Shown piece by piece: positions 1-10,500 of a DNA stretch of 64,000 nt (its first letter is position 1; each line of letters starts with the position of its first letter). Position numbers and translations under genes: made by a program. This DNA is from a virus (lineage: Duplodnaviria; Heunggongvirae; Uroviricota; Caudoviricetes): the IMG/VR virus record IMGVR_UViG_3300038443_000757, positions 84,614 through 148,613 of that record. One strand, given 5' to 3'. Under the pieces are notes generated by a model that was given only the letters and a program-made list of their open reading frames with translations, ran no database searches and was not told where the DNA came from.

Positions 1-27
1 ACTGAACAGTCTTTCAAACCAATTCAT
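1..27 (-). CDS. 5' end of a CDS running off the window (MNWFERLFS...), position suits a lysis gene
   Basis: ATG at 27 after GGTGG/GAAGG purine tract, directly downstream of holin-like gene; only 9 codons visible. Confidence 0.4.
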
Positions 28-54
28 TTTATCCACCTTCTTTCAAAGGTTATT

Positions 55-339
55 TTACTTAAGTCCAAAGTAAGCACTGATTATTCCAATTGCCAAAGTA
101 ATAACGAAGCCCCAAGCCCATTTATTATTTGCCTTAATTGCCTTAATATCTTCTTCATTTTTTTTAGCAATTGCCATTGCATCTTCTGCCTTGTCTTTTG
201 CGTCTTGAGCTTTGTCAATAGCTAATTCAACTTTATCTTCCATCTTTTCAGCACGATTCAGTTTTTCTTCTATTCTTGTTACCCTATCTCTTACTTCGTA
301 AATAGCTTCAAGCAATTCTTTATTTGTATAATCTGACAT
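55..339 (-). CDS. holin-like protein (BhlA/XhlA type: coiled coil plus C-terminal TM helix)
   Basis: heptad-rich N-terminus, terminal WAWGFVITLAIGIISAYFGLK TM segment, position after tail genes. Confidence 0.7.
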   Translation of the reverse strand: MSDYTNKELLEAIYEVRDRVTRIEEKLNRAEKMEDKVELAIDKAQDAKDKAEDAMAIAKKNEEDIKAIKANNKWAWGFVITLAIGIISAYFGLK

Positions 340-371
340 TAAGCAGACCGCCTTTCCTTTTCGATATAATG

Positions 372-402
372 AAAAAATAGGAGAGCCAATTTCTCGCCCT
401 CC
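372..402 (-). terminator. intrinsic terminator
   Basis: GGAGGGC/GCTCTCC stem followed by T-tract on minus strand. Confidence 0.7.
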
Positions 403-413
403 ATTCTATTGAT

Positions 414-442
414 ATTATACCATTATATACTATATTTGTCAA
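414..442 (-). promoter_or_regulatory. sigmaA-type promoter
   Basis: TTGACA-17-TATAAT with TG extension. Confidence 0.8.
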
Positions 443-443
443 T

Positions 444-941
444 CTAAGTATTGTTTAGAACTCGCACTGTGTTTCCATTGTTTATTAAAAATTCAAACAA
501 CTCATTGGGTGTTTTGTCTCCAAAGTTTTTATCTATAGGTATTGCACCAATTAATCCAATAACTAATTCAATAAGCTCTGAACATAAGAAGTGGTAGTTT
601 GAATCAAGATAATGACTTTTCTTGAACTTAAAAATCTTCTCTATCGCATATCCAATAAACTTCTTATAATCATATCCAAAATCACAAAACCTAATTGCAA
701 CTTCGCGAAGCTTCTCTTTTTGTTGTGAATTTAGATTCATACTTACAAAATCAAGATCAGTATATTTTAAAGAGCAAATCCTTGATTTTACAAATCTTTG
801 CGACTCCAATATTCTTGTGCCACAGTCTGAAACAACTATGGCACAATGAGAATATTCGCCGTCAAAATATTTAATTAAACTTGATATTGGAGAGTGTCCG
901 CGAATAAATAAAATATCTCCAGTTTGTAAATTACCATACAT
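444..941 (-). CDS. permuted papain-like (YiiX/YebB, NlpC/P60) amidase
   Basis: GDILF...YSHCAI (His first) and FLCSELI (Cys second) motif order. Confidence 0.75.
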   Translation of the reverse strand: MYGNLQTGDILFIRGHSPISSLIKYFDGEYSHCAIVVSDCGTRILESQRFVKSRICSLKYTDLDFVSMNLNSQQKEKLREVAIRFCDFGYDYKKFIGYAIEKIFKFKKSHYLDSNYHFLCSELIELVIGLIGAIPIDKNFGDKTPNELFEFLINNGNTVRVLNNT

Positions 942-1602
942 ACGATATCACTTCATTGTTATCTACAGCATTCTCAACTTGGGTTTTCAATCCCCAGTAT
1001 TTTGCAATTAAAGATTGTTTATGAGAAAATGAATCTTGACATAGCGCAACAAATTGCTCTCTCGTGTGAAGTAGTGGCCCTGAATCAATTGTCTTCCATG
1101 TAACAGAACTCATTGTAGGAACACTATTCATTAGTGTCAGCGTTCCTGTGAGATTTGTTTGATCCAAAGCATCAAAACCATATGTATGCTCTGACCCTAA
1201 AGCGGAAGATTTGAATCCAGCATATATTTCTTGACCACATAAGTAGTTTAGTTGGTCAATTTTCTTCGCTTTTAAAGTTGTTAAATCTGTATTTTCTACA
1301 TCTAATGAAAGAAATGCCTCATCAGGTGAAAGCGGATTAACTTGTGCCCTTAATTCGTCTATCTGTTCCGCCATCTCATTTTTTGGGGCGTTGTATCCCG
1401 GATTGACTACGAATCCGTCAACCTCTGTGTAGCAATGTGTTTGAACGGTTACTCCATCAGGAATGGAGTCAACCTCGAACACATCTACGCTTTGGGAAGG
1501 GAATATAAGACCCCCTACATCGATGCCATTTTCCGCAATATCGGCGACATTGCTAATAAATACGATTACACTGTCAGACTTACTAACGATAAGTTTTTTC
1601 AT
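931..1602 (-). CDS. tail fibre assembly/chaperone-like protein (DUF4376-like C-terminus)
   Basis: K..KI..LN..C..EIYAGFKSSALG...YGFDALDQTN and WKT.D motifs typical of fibre-associated proteins; downstream of fibre genes. Confidence 0.6.
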   Translation of the reverse strand: MKKLIVSKSDSVIVFISNVADIAENGIDVGGLIFPSQSVDVFEVDSIPDGVTVQTHCYTEVDGFVVNPGYNAPKNEMAEQIDELRAQVNPLSPDEAFLSLDVENTDLTTLKAKKIDQLNYLCGQEIYAGFKSSALGSEHTYGFDALDQTNLTGTLTLMNSVPTMSSVTWKTIDSGPLLHTREQFVALCQDSFSHKQSLIAKYWGLKTQVENAVDNNEVISYVW

Positions 1603-1615
1603 TGTTTATTTCCTC

Positions 1616-3373
1616 CTATACGTAAATGTAGTCTTTCATAAGAATCTCTGACGACGATAAGCCCAGCCCAAGTCTTGGATGACTAGCGGGGTCAAATGTT
1701 AGTTGACCACCTGTAACACCAGCACCACCCGTCAGGTAATAGTAAGCTTGCCCGGGCTTAATCCCTGTTAGGCCGGATATTAAACCTCTCATGTACACGC
1801 GTCCGTCAGTAGGATGATAATAGCCAATGACAGATGGCGTTGATGTATTGACATAATACTCTTGACACATCAAGTCAGTTCTAAAAGCCTTAGTTGTTAC
1901 AGCCCCAGTAGTGAATACATAGTTAATGATATATACAATATTTCCGATAACCACGCTTCTAGGTGTATATGATGTGGCTGTTTCTTGCCCCGCGATTGAT
2001 CTGAAGCCCATGTTAGCTATGAATCCTGTACCAGCCGCATTGAAACCTATCACAGCCCCCCAGAGAACCGTCCCGCCGCTGACTGGAACTACGAAGATTA
2101 CGAATTGATTTGTAGCTACATCGAACGTAATGTTATGTGCGTTCTGCGACAGAGAAGTAGTCAAATTTGCGCCAAATTGTGCATCACCTCTCGTATACGT
2201 TCCAGTATTGGGGTCTACCCTCCAAGCAGCAATATCGTAGTTGTAACTTGTGGATGCTGGCGTGAACCCTACAGCGATGTAGTGATAGCCATCACTTCCT
2301 ACGTAATGAAATGGCCTACTTACTAGGGTGTAGTTAGTATTGTAGTTACTTAAGAAAGTAGCTGTTTGCATATTGGTTACGGTTGATATTGTTGTACCAG
2401 AAATGCTGAGGCTGGTACTGATAATCTGATACTGTGTAGCTGAGTTACACAAGATAATCAACGCTTTTGTAGCACCTATCGCGATAGCATTCATCCTAAT
2501 AAATGTCCCCGAGGCTGAACCAAAGGAACCAGCAGATGGCGTAAATGTAGCTCCAGCAGAAGGTACATTACCCGCAGTTGTAATCACATTCGAGGTGATA
2601 TTAAGCGTTTGAGTCGAAAGTTGGTAAACAACTATAGCCTTGTCTGTTGTCAGTTGATCTATACTGATATCACCTGTGCATACTGTGGCCGTGACGGTTA
2701 GGTCTGTACCTACAGTTACCGTAGAACCCGATACAGAGAATGCGATAACATGAGGGTAGTTTGTGGAGTTATCAATATAAGCCAGCGCAAACTTACCTGC
2801 GGCCATAAGGCATAGGTCAAAGTTGTTACCTACATTGGTTCCTAACGCATAAACTGTGCCCACAGTAATGGTTGTTCCTGAGATAGTAAGGACAACGGCT
2901 CTAGCTTGTGTACCGTTTGCAAATACCAACAAGGCGTGCGTGGAATCCAACAAGCGCAAGTAATTGTTCTCAGGTCTAGTAACCGTTGGTAGGTAGAATG
3001 TTGAAGACCAGACAACCACCTCTGTACCCATACCAGAACTTGTAGTCGTAGGTGTCAGTATCGATGCCCTTATTACTGGTGTTCCTGAGTTTGCTAGGAT
3101 CATCAAAACATTGCCGTTAGGCAGAGCCAAGGTCATAACATCGGTACTACTGTTAACTAAGCCAGATGTGCCCGCAGACTTGGTTTGGAATCCGTCAATG
3201 CCGTATACGGTATCTGCGGCAAGATCGCCTATATACTCCGATCCGTACAAACCCACTACGTTACCGGGAGTACAAGAGTATACAGGGTGAGGCTGATATA
3301 CCCTTGAAACGTCTTGCGTATTTCCTCCCCCGCCGCCTTCCTCTGCCGCAATTAATGTAAAAATGTCACTCAT
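1616..3373 (-). CDS. putative receptor-binding/tail-tip protein, beta-rich
   Basis: 585 aa Thr/Ser/Gly-rich with repeated beta-strand units (TISGTTITVGT, SVSGSTVTVGT); follows tail fibre gene. Confidence 0.55.
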   Translation of the reverse strand: MSDIFTLIAAEEGGGGGNTQDVSRVYQPHPVYSCTPGNVVGLYGSEYIGDLAADTVYGIDGFQTKSAGTSGLVNSSTDVMTLALPNGNVLMILANSGTPVIRASILTPTTTSSGMGTEVVVWSSTFYLPTVTRPENNYLRLLDSTHALLVFANGTQARAVVLTISGTTITVGTVYALGTNVGNNFDLCLMAAGKFALAYIDNSTNYPHVIAFSVSGSTVTVGTDLTVTATVCTGDISIDQLTTDKAIVVYQLSTQTLNITSNVITTAGNVPSAGATFTPSAGSFGSASGTFIRMNAIAIGATKALIILCNSATQYQIISTSLSISGTTISTVTNMQTATFLSNYNTNYTLVSRPFHYVGSDGYHYIAVGFTPASTSYNYDIAAWRVDPNTGTYTRGDAQFGANLTTSLSQNAHNITFDVATNQFVIFVVPVSGGTVLWGAVIGFNAAGTGFIANMGFRSIAGQETATSYTPRSVVIGNIVYIINYVFTTGAVTTKAFRTDLMCQEYYVNTSTPSVIGYYHPTDGRVYMRGLISGLTGIKPGQAYYYLTGGAGVTGGQLTFDPASHPRLGLGLSSSEILMKDYIYV

Positions 3374-3385
3374 ATATTATCCTCC

Positions 3386-6300
3386 TTATGATACTGTTTT
3401 TGTGATGCTAGTTACTTTGCTTGTAGTCGCATCACGATTTACCGTATATGTGACTGTTGACCCGCCAGCTACTTGTGTAAAGCTCGAAATAAGTCCCGTC
3501 GTCGCGTCGCGGGTAATTGTAGATGTGACAATCGTAGTGCCGCCATCCTTCTCCGTAACTGAACTAATCTTGCCTGTTGTCGCGTCGCGGGTAATGTTGA
3601 TTGATCGCGTATCAGTTTCAAGAACCGCGCCAATTTGCTTGATTACGGATGTATTATCTGCCCCAAGTCCAGCAGTTTTAAGCAAATACTGAGTGTGCGG
3701 ATCGCCTGTAGAATTGTGATTGCCAGAGTGAAGGATTTGGCTGAAGTTCGTGCCGCCATTCTCACTGATCCTCCACTGATTCAATGTATAATCCCAATAG
3801 AGCAAACCTTTATTCACCGTGTTGTCTTGCGTTTGAATTCCAGCAAAGATTCCAGAGCCACCACTTGCACGATTCATTATAAAACGCGGGGAGTCCATCG
3901 TGAGGGTTGTTGATCCCGTCATCGTGCCGCCAGTTTTAAGCAGATATTGACTATGTGGATCACCAGTGGAGTTATGATTTCCTGCATGATGGACAATATT
4001 TCCGAGATATGTTAATCCATCATTAGCCGTTCCTGCCGCTACAGCCAGTGACCAACGGGCATTAGTGTTGTCATAGACACCCCATCTCCCAGTTGACGGC
4101 TGAGCACCAATGAACCATAATCCTGTTCCAGCACTATTCTCAATCCGCTGTCCGAGGATGGCAGTATCTGTATCCACAAGTGGTCGGAAGAAGAACGATG
4201 CGGCGCTCTTTGTGATTCGTAAATCACCAGTCATTGTGCCACCAGTCTTCAACAAGTACTGCGTATGAGGATCGCCCGTTGAGTTATGGTTTCCTGTGTG
4301 GTGGAGTTTGTAGCCTGAACCCGCTTGGTAGTAGTACAAGTCATTTGCTCCGCCAGCAAGTACTTGAAGATAGTTAGTAGTGGTCTTAACCGCACTTGCG
4401 TCCGTTGCGTAGAAGTAAATAGGACGGGAAGAACTGTTCGCACCGTCGTTGAAGGAATTCATAATGATTCGAGAGTCCATTGTCAGATCGCCCGTCATAC
4501 CCGTCCCAGTCTTGAGCATATATTGAGTGTGCGGATCGCCTGTACTATTATGATTTCCTGCATGATGAACGATGTTTCCTAAGTATTTCAAGCCACTGGT
4601 TGGGGAATTTGCATCTATCACCAATGCAAATCTATTGTTCACAGTATCGAATACACCCCACAAACCAGAAGAAGGTTGATGACCAACATTCCATATCGCA
4701 GTCCCAGCCGTATTCTCATATTGATTACCCTGAATAGATGCGTTTGTATCCACATCTGGTCTGGTAATGAACTTTGCACTGCCCTTCGTGATTCGTAGAT
4801 CACCAGTCATCGTGCCTCCAGATTTGAGCAATAATGTAGAAGTGGCTGTTTGCACGAATGCTGTAGTAGCAATTTGAGTTGTATTTGTTCCTCCAGTAGC
4901 AGTTGGCGCTGTAGGTGTTCCTGTAAAAGCAGGAGAAATCAACAAATTAACAACATCATCTATTGTTCCAGATGAGTTTCTCTTTACAATTTGATTAGCA
5001 CCAGTCCCTACATTTAATGCAATTGTTGGATTTTGAACAGTTCCACCAACAATAACATCAGAACTACCAGCAGTTACAGAAACTACAGTTCCTGCACCAT
5101 CATTACCTTTTAAAGCAACCAGATTCCAGAATTGAGTATTAGTTGGTAGATTGCCAAGAGTTTGAACAGTACAAATATATGATGATCCTTGATAACTAAC
5201 AACATCTCTAACATTATATGTTATAGAGCCGCTATAACTCCCTTGCCATGTAAAGCTTGTTCCAGTTGAACCTTGAATTCCTTGAATTCCTTGATCACCT
5301 TTATCTCCCTTGTCACCTTTTGAAACTATTAACTTCCAATATGTAGTATTGGTTGGATCAATATTGGTGCATGCCAAAATATTCATATAGCCTGAACCTT
5401 GATATTGAACTACGTTATTGGGAACGTATGCAGTAGCTGAGTTGTAATCACCTTTATTAACTAAGCCATCTGCTTTAGTTTGTGCATTGGTTGCCGCAGT
5501 ATTTGCCGCATCTCTTGCAGTGTTAGCCTGCGTAGCCGCAGTATTTGCCGCATCTCTAGCTGTATTTGCTTGAGTCGTAGCAGTGTTTGCATTTGAAGTA
5601 GCAGTATCAGCATTTGTTTTGGCAGTATTAGCCGCAGTTGCCGCAGTATTAGCTGAATCTCTTGCAGTGTTTGCCTGAGTTGTGGCTGTATTGGCATTAG
5701 TTGTAGCAGTTACAGCATTGTCAACAACAGTTTGAACACTAATTATTTTAGTCCAATATGTAGTATTAGTTAATGGTTGATTTGTATTTGCATCTTTAAT
5801 TGAAATATACATATTATAATTACTTGCATCTGTTACAAAATCACCAGTTATATATGTTGTTGCAGTAGAATATGTTCCTTGCCATGACATGTACCCAAGT
5901 CGTTTCCAATTCGTTGTATTTGTTGGAATAACATTTGTAGATGATACTATATTAATATAGGCAACGCCATTATAAAAAACAATATTCTTAGGTATGTAAG
6001 CGGTTGCAGAACTGTAAATACCTTTGTAAGAAAATGCATCTCCAGAAGACTTAGCATAATCACCCTGAGTTTTAGCATAGTCTCCCTGTGTTTGAGCGTA
6101 AGTTGCTTTAGTATTGGCATTTGTTGCCGCTGTATTAGCACTATCAGTAGCCGCATTTGCATCATTTATAGTTTCACCCAATAAGTCCAGAGCCTGAATT
6201 GCCTCATTCCCACTGTCAATAATATCCTGAAGAGATGTAATTACATCTGGATTATCAGTATGGGAGTAAATTCTTTCTGCTGGATACAAAATCATTCCCT

Positions 6301-6592
6301 TTCCTTTGTATGTAAAAGTTAAAGTTTTTCCATTTTCAGAAGGATTGAATGTCACTTGTCCTGTTTGATAATTCACAATAAATTGAGTAGATGTTGGTAC
6401 TCCATTATATATTTCAGTATATCCAGAAACTTGAACATGATTGAATTCATCTGGAATTTCCTTCAATGGTGATATATTATTAATAACTATCCTAGACTCT
6501 GTAATTGAAACATATGGATCGTCAATAGTATTCTTTCTCCATATGATGATTACAGGATCATTATATTGTGGATACTCTCTTGTGATAGGCAT
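3386..6592 (-). CDS. modular tail fibre protein
   Basis: Ala/Thr/Asn coiled repeats, short collagen-like GDKGDKGDQGIQG, W..Y...D.V.YQGS modules, 4x HNSTGDPH(T/S)QY repeat. Confidence 0.85.
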   Translation of the reverse strand: MPITREYPQYNDPVIIIWRKNTIDDPYVSITESRIVINNISPLKEIPDEFNHVQVSGYTEIYNGVPTSTQFIVNYQTGQVTFNPSENGKTLTFTYKGKGMILYPAERIYSHTDNPDVITSLQDIIDSGNEAIQALDLLGETINDANAATDSANTAATNANTKATYAQTQGDYAKTQGDYAKSSGDAFSYKGIYSSATAYIPKNIVFYNGVAYINIVSSTNVIPTNTTNWKRLGYMSWQGTYSTATTYITGDFVTDASNYNMYISIKDANTNQPLTNTTYWTKIISVQTVVDNAVTATTNANTATTQANTARDSANTAATAANTAKTNADTATSNANTATTQANTARDAANTAATQANTARDAANTAATNAQTKADGLVNKGDYNSATAYVPNNVVQYQGSGYMNILACTNIDPTNTTYWKLIVSKGDKGDKGDQGIQGIQGSTGTSFTWQGSYSGSITYNVRDVVSYQGSSYICTVQTLGNLPTNTQFWNLVALKGNDGAGTVVSVTAGSSDVIVGGTVQNPTIALNVGTGANQIVKRNSSGTIDDVVNLLISPAFTGTPTAPTATGGTNTTQIATTAFVQTATSTLLLKSGGTMTGDLRITKGSAKFITRPDVDTNASIQGNQYENTAGTAIWNVGHQPSSGLWGVFDTVNNRFALVIDANSPTSGLKYLGNIVHHAGNHNSTGDPHTQYMLKTGTGMTGDLTMDSRIIMNSFNDGANSSSRPIYFYATDASAVKTTTNYLQVLAGGANDLYYYQAGSGYKLHHTGNHNSTGDPHTQYLLKTGGTMTGDLRITKSAASFFFRPLVDTDTAILGQRIENSAGTGLWFIGAQPSTGRWGVYDNTNARWSLAVAAGTANDGLTYLGNIVHHAGNHNSTGDPHSQYLLKTGGTMTGSTTLTMDSPRFIMNRASGGSGIFAGIQTQDNTVNKGLLYWDYTLNQWRISENGGTNFSQILHSGNHNSTGDPHTQYLLKTAGLGADNTSVIKQIGAVLETDTRSINITRDATTGKISSVTEKDGGTTIVTSTITRDATTGLISSFTQVAGGSTVTYTVNRDATTSKVTSITKTVS

Positions 6593-6617
6593 TTTACTAC
6601 CTCCTTTTATAATAAGT

Positions 6618-6646
6618 ATTATAACATTTTATGCATTTTTTGTCAA
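6618..6646 (-). promoter_or_regulatory. sigmaA-type promoter
   Basis: TTGACA-17-TATAAT upstream of fibre gene. Confidence 0.75.
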
Positions 6647-6687
6647 ATTACTATTTTATCTTGCTTTAATTGACCTCTTATATTTTT

Positions 6688-7530
6688 TTAAGGTATTGAA
6701 TTTAAACAAGCATTTAGCCTATTAATTGCAAAGGCGGTTATTGTTTGTCCTGAACTAACAAAAGAAACCTGTCCTCCCGGCGGATTCATTTCGTTAATTG
6801 CGCCAGCAACTTGATTATATAAAAATGCTGATATAGTCGTCCCACTAGAAACTGTATTCATTGTAGTTGTGTTTAAAAGTTTATATAATCTGAATTGATT
6901 TACCCTATTGACAAGAGAATTCCAATCACTTGCCAAAACAACTATCGTGTTTCCTGACACTTTGTTCCCACCTGTCCATGAAAAATTATTTGGTCTTGGT
7001 GGAGAAACAATTACATCAGCGGAAGACGTACCTGAACCAGCAGTTACACCATTAAATGGTGTAACACCTAAACTATATGATCCAGCGGACATATTGGTGA
7101 AGCCAATACTTGTGCTGGAGGTACTGCCACTACTTATTGTTCCTCCATTTTTTCTCAACGTCCATGAATAGGATGTTACAGGAGATGATGCATTCCAACT
7201 GAACGATAATGTTGCTGGCTCAGTACCAGATGATGAGCCAACTACTGAAGTTACTGGACTAGGGGCTGGTGGAGCAGTTGTTGACGCTGTTATTGTGTTG
7301 GAACCAAGATCAGTCGCTCCATTATAAAAATGAACAGTCAATGAATAAGTTTGTGATGAATTCAGTCCAGTATAAGTATATGAAAATGAATGTGTTGTAT
7401 TTGTTCCATCTAAGCTTCTACTACCATTAAATGCTCCGTCAGCATAGAATTTTGCACTATCTGCAACTCCAGTGTATGAAGCATTTACCGTTATTGTTGA
7501 TTCTGTTGCGCTACTAAATGATAATGACAT
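6688..7530 (-). CDS. fibronectin-III-like tail/baseplate protein
   Basis: two Ser/Thr-rich FN3-like segments (YTGLNSSQTYSLTV; LSFSWNAS...YSLGVTP) in tail module. Confidence 0.55.
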   Translation of the reverse strand: MSLSFSSATESTITVNASYTGVADSAKFYADGAFNGSRSLDGTNTTHSFSYTYTGLNSSQTYSLTVHFYNGATDLGSNTITASTTAPPAPSPVTSVVGSSSGTEPATLSFSWNASSPVTSYSWTLRKNGGTISSGSTSSTSIGFTNMSAGSYSLGVTPFNGVTAGSGTSSADVIVSPPRPNNFSWTGGNKVSGNTIVVLASDWNSLVNRVNQFRLYKLLNTTTMNTVSSGTTISAFLYNQVAGAINEMNPPGGQVSFVSSGQTITAFAINRLNACLNSIP

Positions 7531-7596
7531 TTTTCATAACACCTCCTTATATTCAGTGGAATACTCTTTTAAGAATATTCCACTATCTATTTTTTA

Positions 7597-10500
7597 TTAT
7601 CCAAATACGGCATGAATTCCAGCTACAGTTGCACTGCTGAAATCAACTAATCCATAAAAATTCGTTCTGTAAACTGCTGTATTCGAATTTCCAATGTTAA
7701 CATTTCCATCCCAAATATAAGTGTTTTCTGCTGATATTTTTATTTCTGCACTATTTAAGCTTTGAATAATAGCACCACTATTAAATGTAATAGTTTTTCT
7801 TGTAAGACCTGTCCCAAGCGTTATATTGTCACCAACAAACAAATCAGAAGTAACATTAATGTTACCACCATTAATTTGAGCACCAGTGATAGTTGTACCA
7901 TTTATAGTACCAGCCGAAATAGCTGGACTTTCAATAGTTGTTGAGGTGATTTTTGTAGAAGTAATGTAAGATGGATTAGTCCAGCTAGATACTGGTGCTC
8001 CAGTTACATTAGTCCAAGCAATTGTTGCACTTGGCCCCATAACTACGTTTGTCCCCACCGTCAATGTCTCAATCATTGCTGTTGTAATCTTTGCTGTAGA
8101 AACATCAAGTTTAGAAACACTCAATTTATCAATCATTGTTCCGCTAATAAAATTCCCAGCAATAACTTCAACGCCGTTGATTTTGATTGATTTAGCATTC
8201 AACTGACCATCAAGAATAAGGTTTCCACTAGTTGAATCATAGTAGAATTTATCAGTCCATGTTCCGCCTCCAGCGCTCTTTTGAAAAGATAATCCTTTAG
8301 TTGCATTAAGTATAACTCTTGCTATTCCATCAGTTCTAGTAATTGTAATGCCATTTGTAGCATCTATTACTACCCCATTAGCCAGAGTCGTTGTCAGACC
8401 TCCGCCTGTGATTGTCAGTTTGGAACCATTTAATGTTACACCATTGGCATCAACAGTAAATGTTTTAACTCCACTTGAATCACTAGCATCAATAAGCAAA
8501 TTAACACCAGCAAGGAGCTTACCGAAAATTCTTTCACCAACAATGCCATCTTTAGTAATAGCGTGTTTCCATGTATTACCATTGTCATTGGTGATTGCCA
8601 TAACACCATTCTGAATAACAAGATAAGATAATGGGTCTGTAGAATTCTTAACAAGAATTCCTCTTTCGCTAATCTCAACAGAATTATTGACTCCTGCGAC
8701 GATTGACCTACCAATGGCATCCCATTGTCCATTAATAATTTGATTGATTGATGAAGCCGTTGACACGGCATTGTCCCACTGACGCTTGCTCAAATCTACT
8801 GTTGTAGTAGTTCCTGTTGAATTATAAACAGCTTTAATAAGCTTATCGTTATCTGACATGACATCTTGTGTATTTGCAATAGTAAGAGTAATATCGTCAT
8901 TCTCTTCGCTGATCTCAAACCCAATTATCTTAGCTGTGGCATTAATTCCAAGTTGATCATATTTAATTGTAATCGTATCTCCAAGATTAAGTTTATCCCA
9001 ATCTCTTTGGGCCTCAACTATCTTCAAAAAATTGACCAAACTAATTTCTATAATAATTTGTGGTTGTTTTAATTTTTCGAAATATTTAATTGCATCATCA
9101 TAAAGTTCTTGTTCATAGATATAATTCTGATCTACCCATTCTTTTTTAATAATGTAGTCTTTAAGTTCTTCTTGAAGAGTTGGATTAATAAAATTTGATG
9201 AATCAACACTTGCTCTCAAGTCCTCAATTTGTGTATCTACTGAGGTAATTTGTGCATTAACTCCATCGATCTCTGTTTGCTTATTCGTAATTTCAGTATT
9301 TTTCTGATTTAACTTGGCAACAAGAGAAGTCCCTGTTGTTATTTGAATCATATTAACAAGAGATGCATCTGAAAGAGGGTCAATAAAACTTGTTTCATTT
9401 TTTATTTTAACTTGGATTTTAGACACTACAGAGTATGTATAGTTAGCTTTAAAATTGACAACTATATCAGTTCCAGCAGGAGTATTTAGGCTTCCATTAT
9501 AACTTCCAGTAGACCACTTGGTTTTATCGTTAGAAAATACCTCTATACCATTAACTTTGATAGAACTAAGAAAATCAGTTGCAGGATAGTCTGCAAATTT
9601 CAGATTATCAATAACTAGTGTAGCGCTATTGATTTTAAGTGAATTTGATGTTCCAAATGTAATTGGCAATGAAAAACTATAAAACTGTTCTTCAATTGTC
9701 GTTGGCTGAGTTGTGTCATGACCAGCAGAATTTTCTATATCAATATTGTTTCTAATAACCGCTAACTGTTCTTGAAGTGTTGCCATATCGTTTTCTTTTT
9801 GTGTTAAAGTAGTTTGATATGCCGTTTCTTGATCAAGCAAATCTCCAAAAGCTCCTACTTTGCCAGCTAAAAATTCATTGTAATCAAGAATGGCATTGCA
9901 TAATGCATCACTCATGTAATAACTACTTTGAATTACATTTTTACTAGCATCTCTTTGAAATGGATACATGAATGTAGAGAAATCATCAATGTAATTTGTA
10001 CCAGTTGGATTAATTCTTTGAATAGATAATCCATCTGCACCTTCAACAAAAAGCCTTGTAGCCATCTCATCACTATTACTATCCCTACTTACAGATTGAA
10101 GATATTTTCCATGACTCATTGTAAGACCCATATTAATTCCATAGTCTTCTTGTTTAACAAAGCTAATCTCTCTATTTATTGTATCCCATTTAATTATAGC
10201 TTGAAACGTTTCTGCTATCTGCATAACTGCATCAAGAACAGTTGTAGATGTGAAATCAAAACTTCTAAATTTTGTATCAAAATCTGCATCAACATATCCA
10301 ACTGACCATTTTGTTTCATCAAGAATACCAGTGATTTGCCTTGACGTTCCAACAGAGTCAGTGACTGTTCCGCCCATTAGAACTGATGTCAAATTTAATC
10401 CATCTTCTTGAAATGTTCTAATAAGATTATCATTCATTTCATAAGGCAATAGATATGCTTTAACTTGTTTATACTCAGAGTCTTCTTCTCCACTTTCTAC

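Noticed and set aside
3500-4600. Diversity-generating retroelement or shufflon at the fibre repeats
   Set aside because: No reverse transcriptase, template/variable repeat pair or inverted crossover sites seen in the window.
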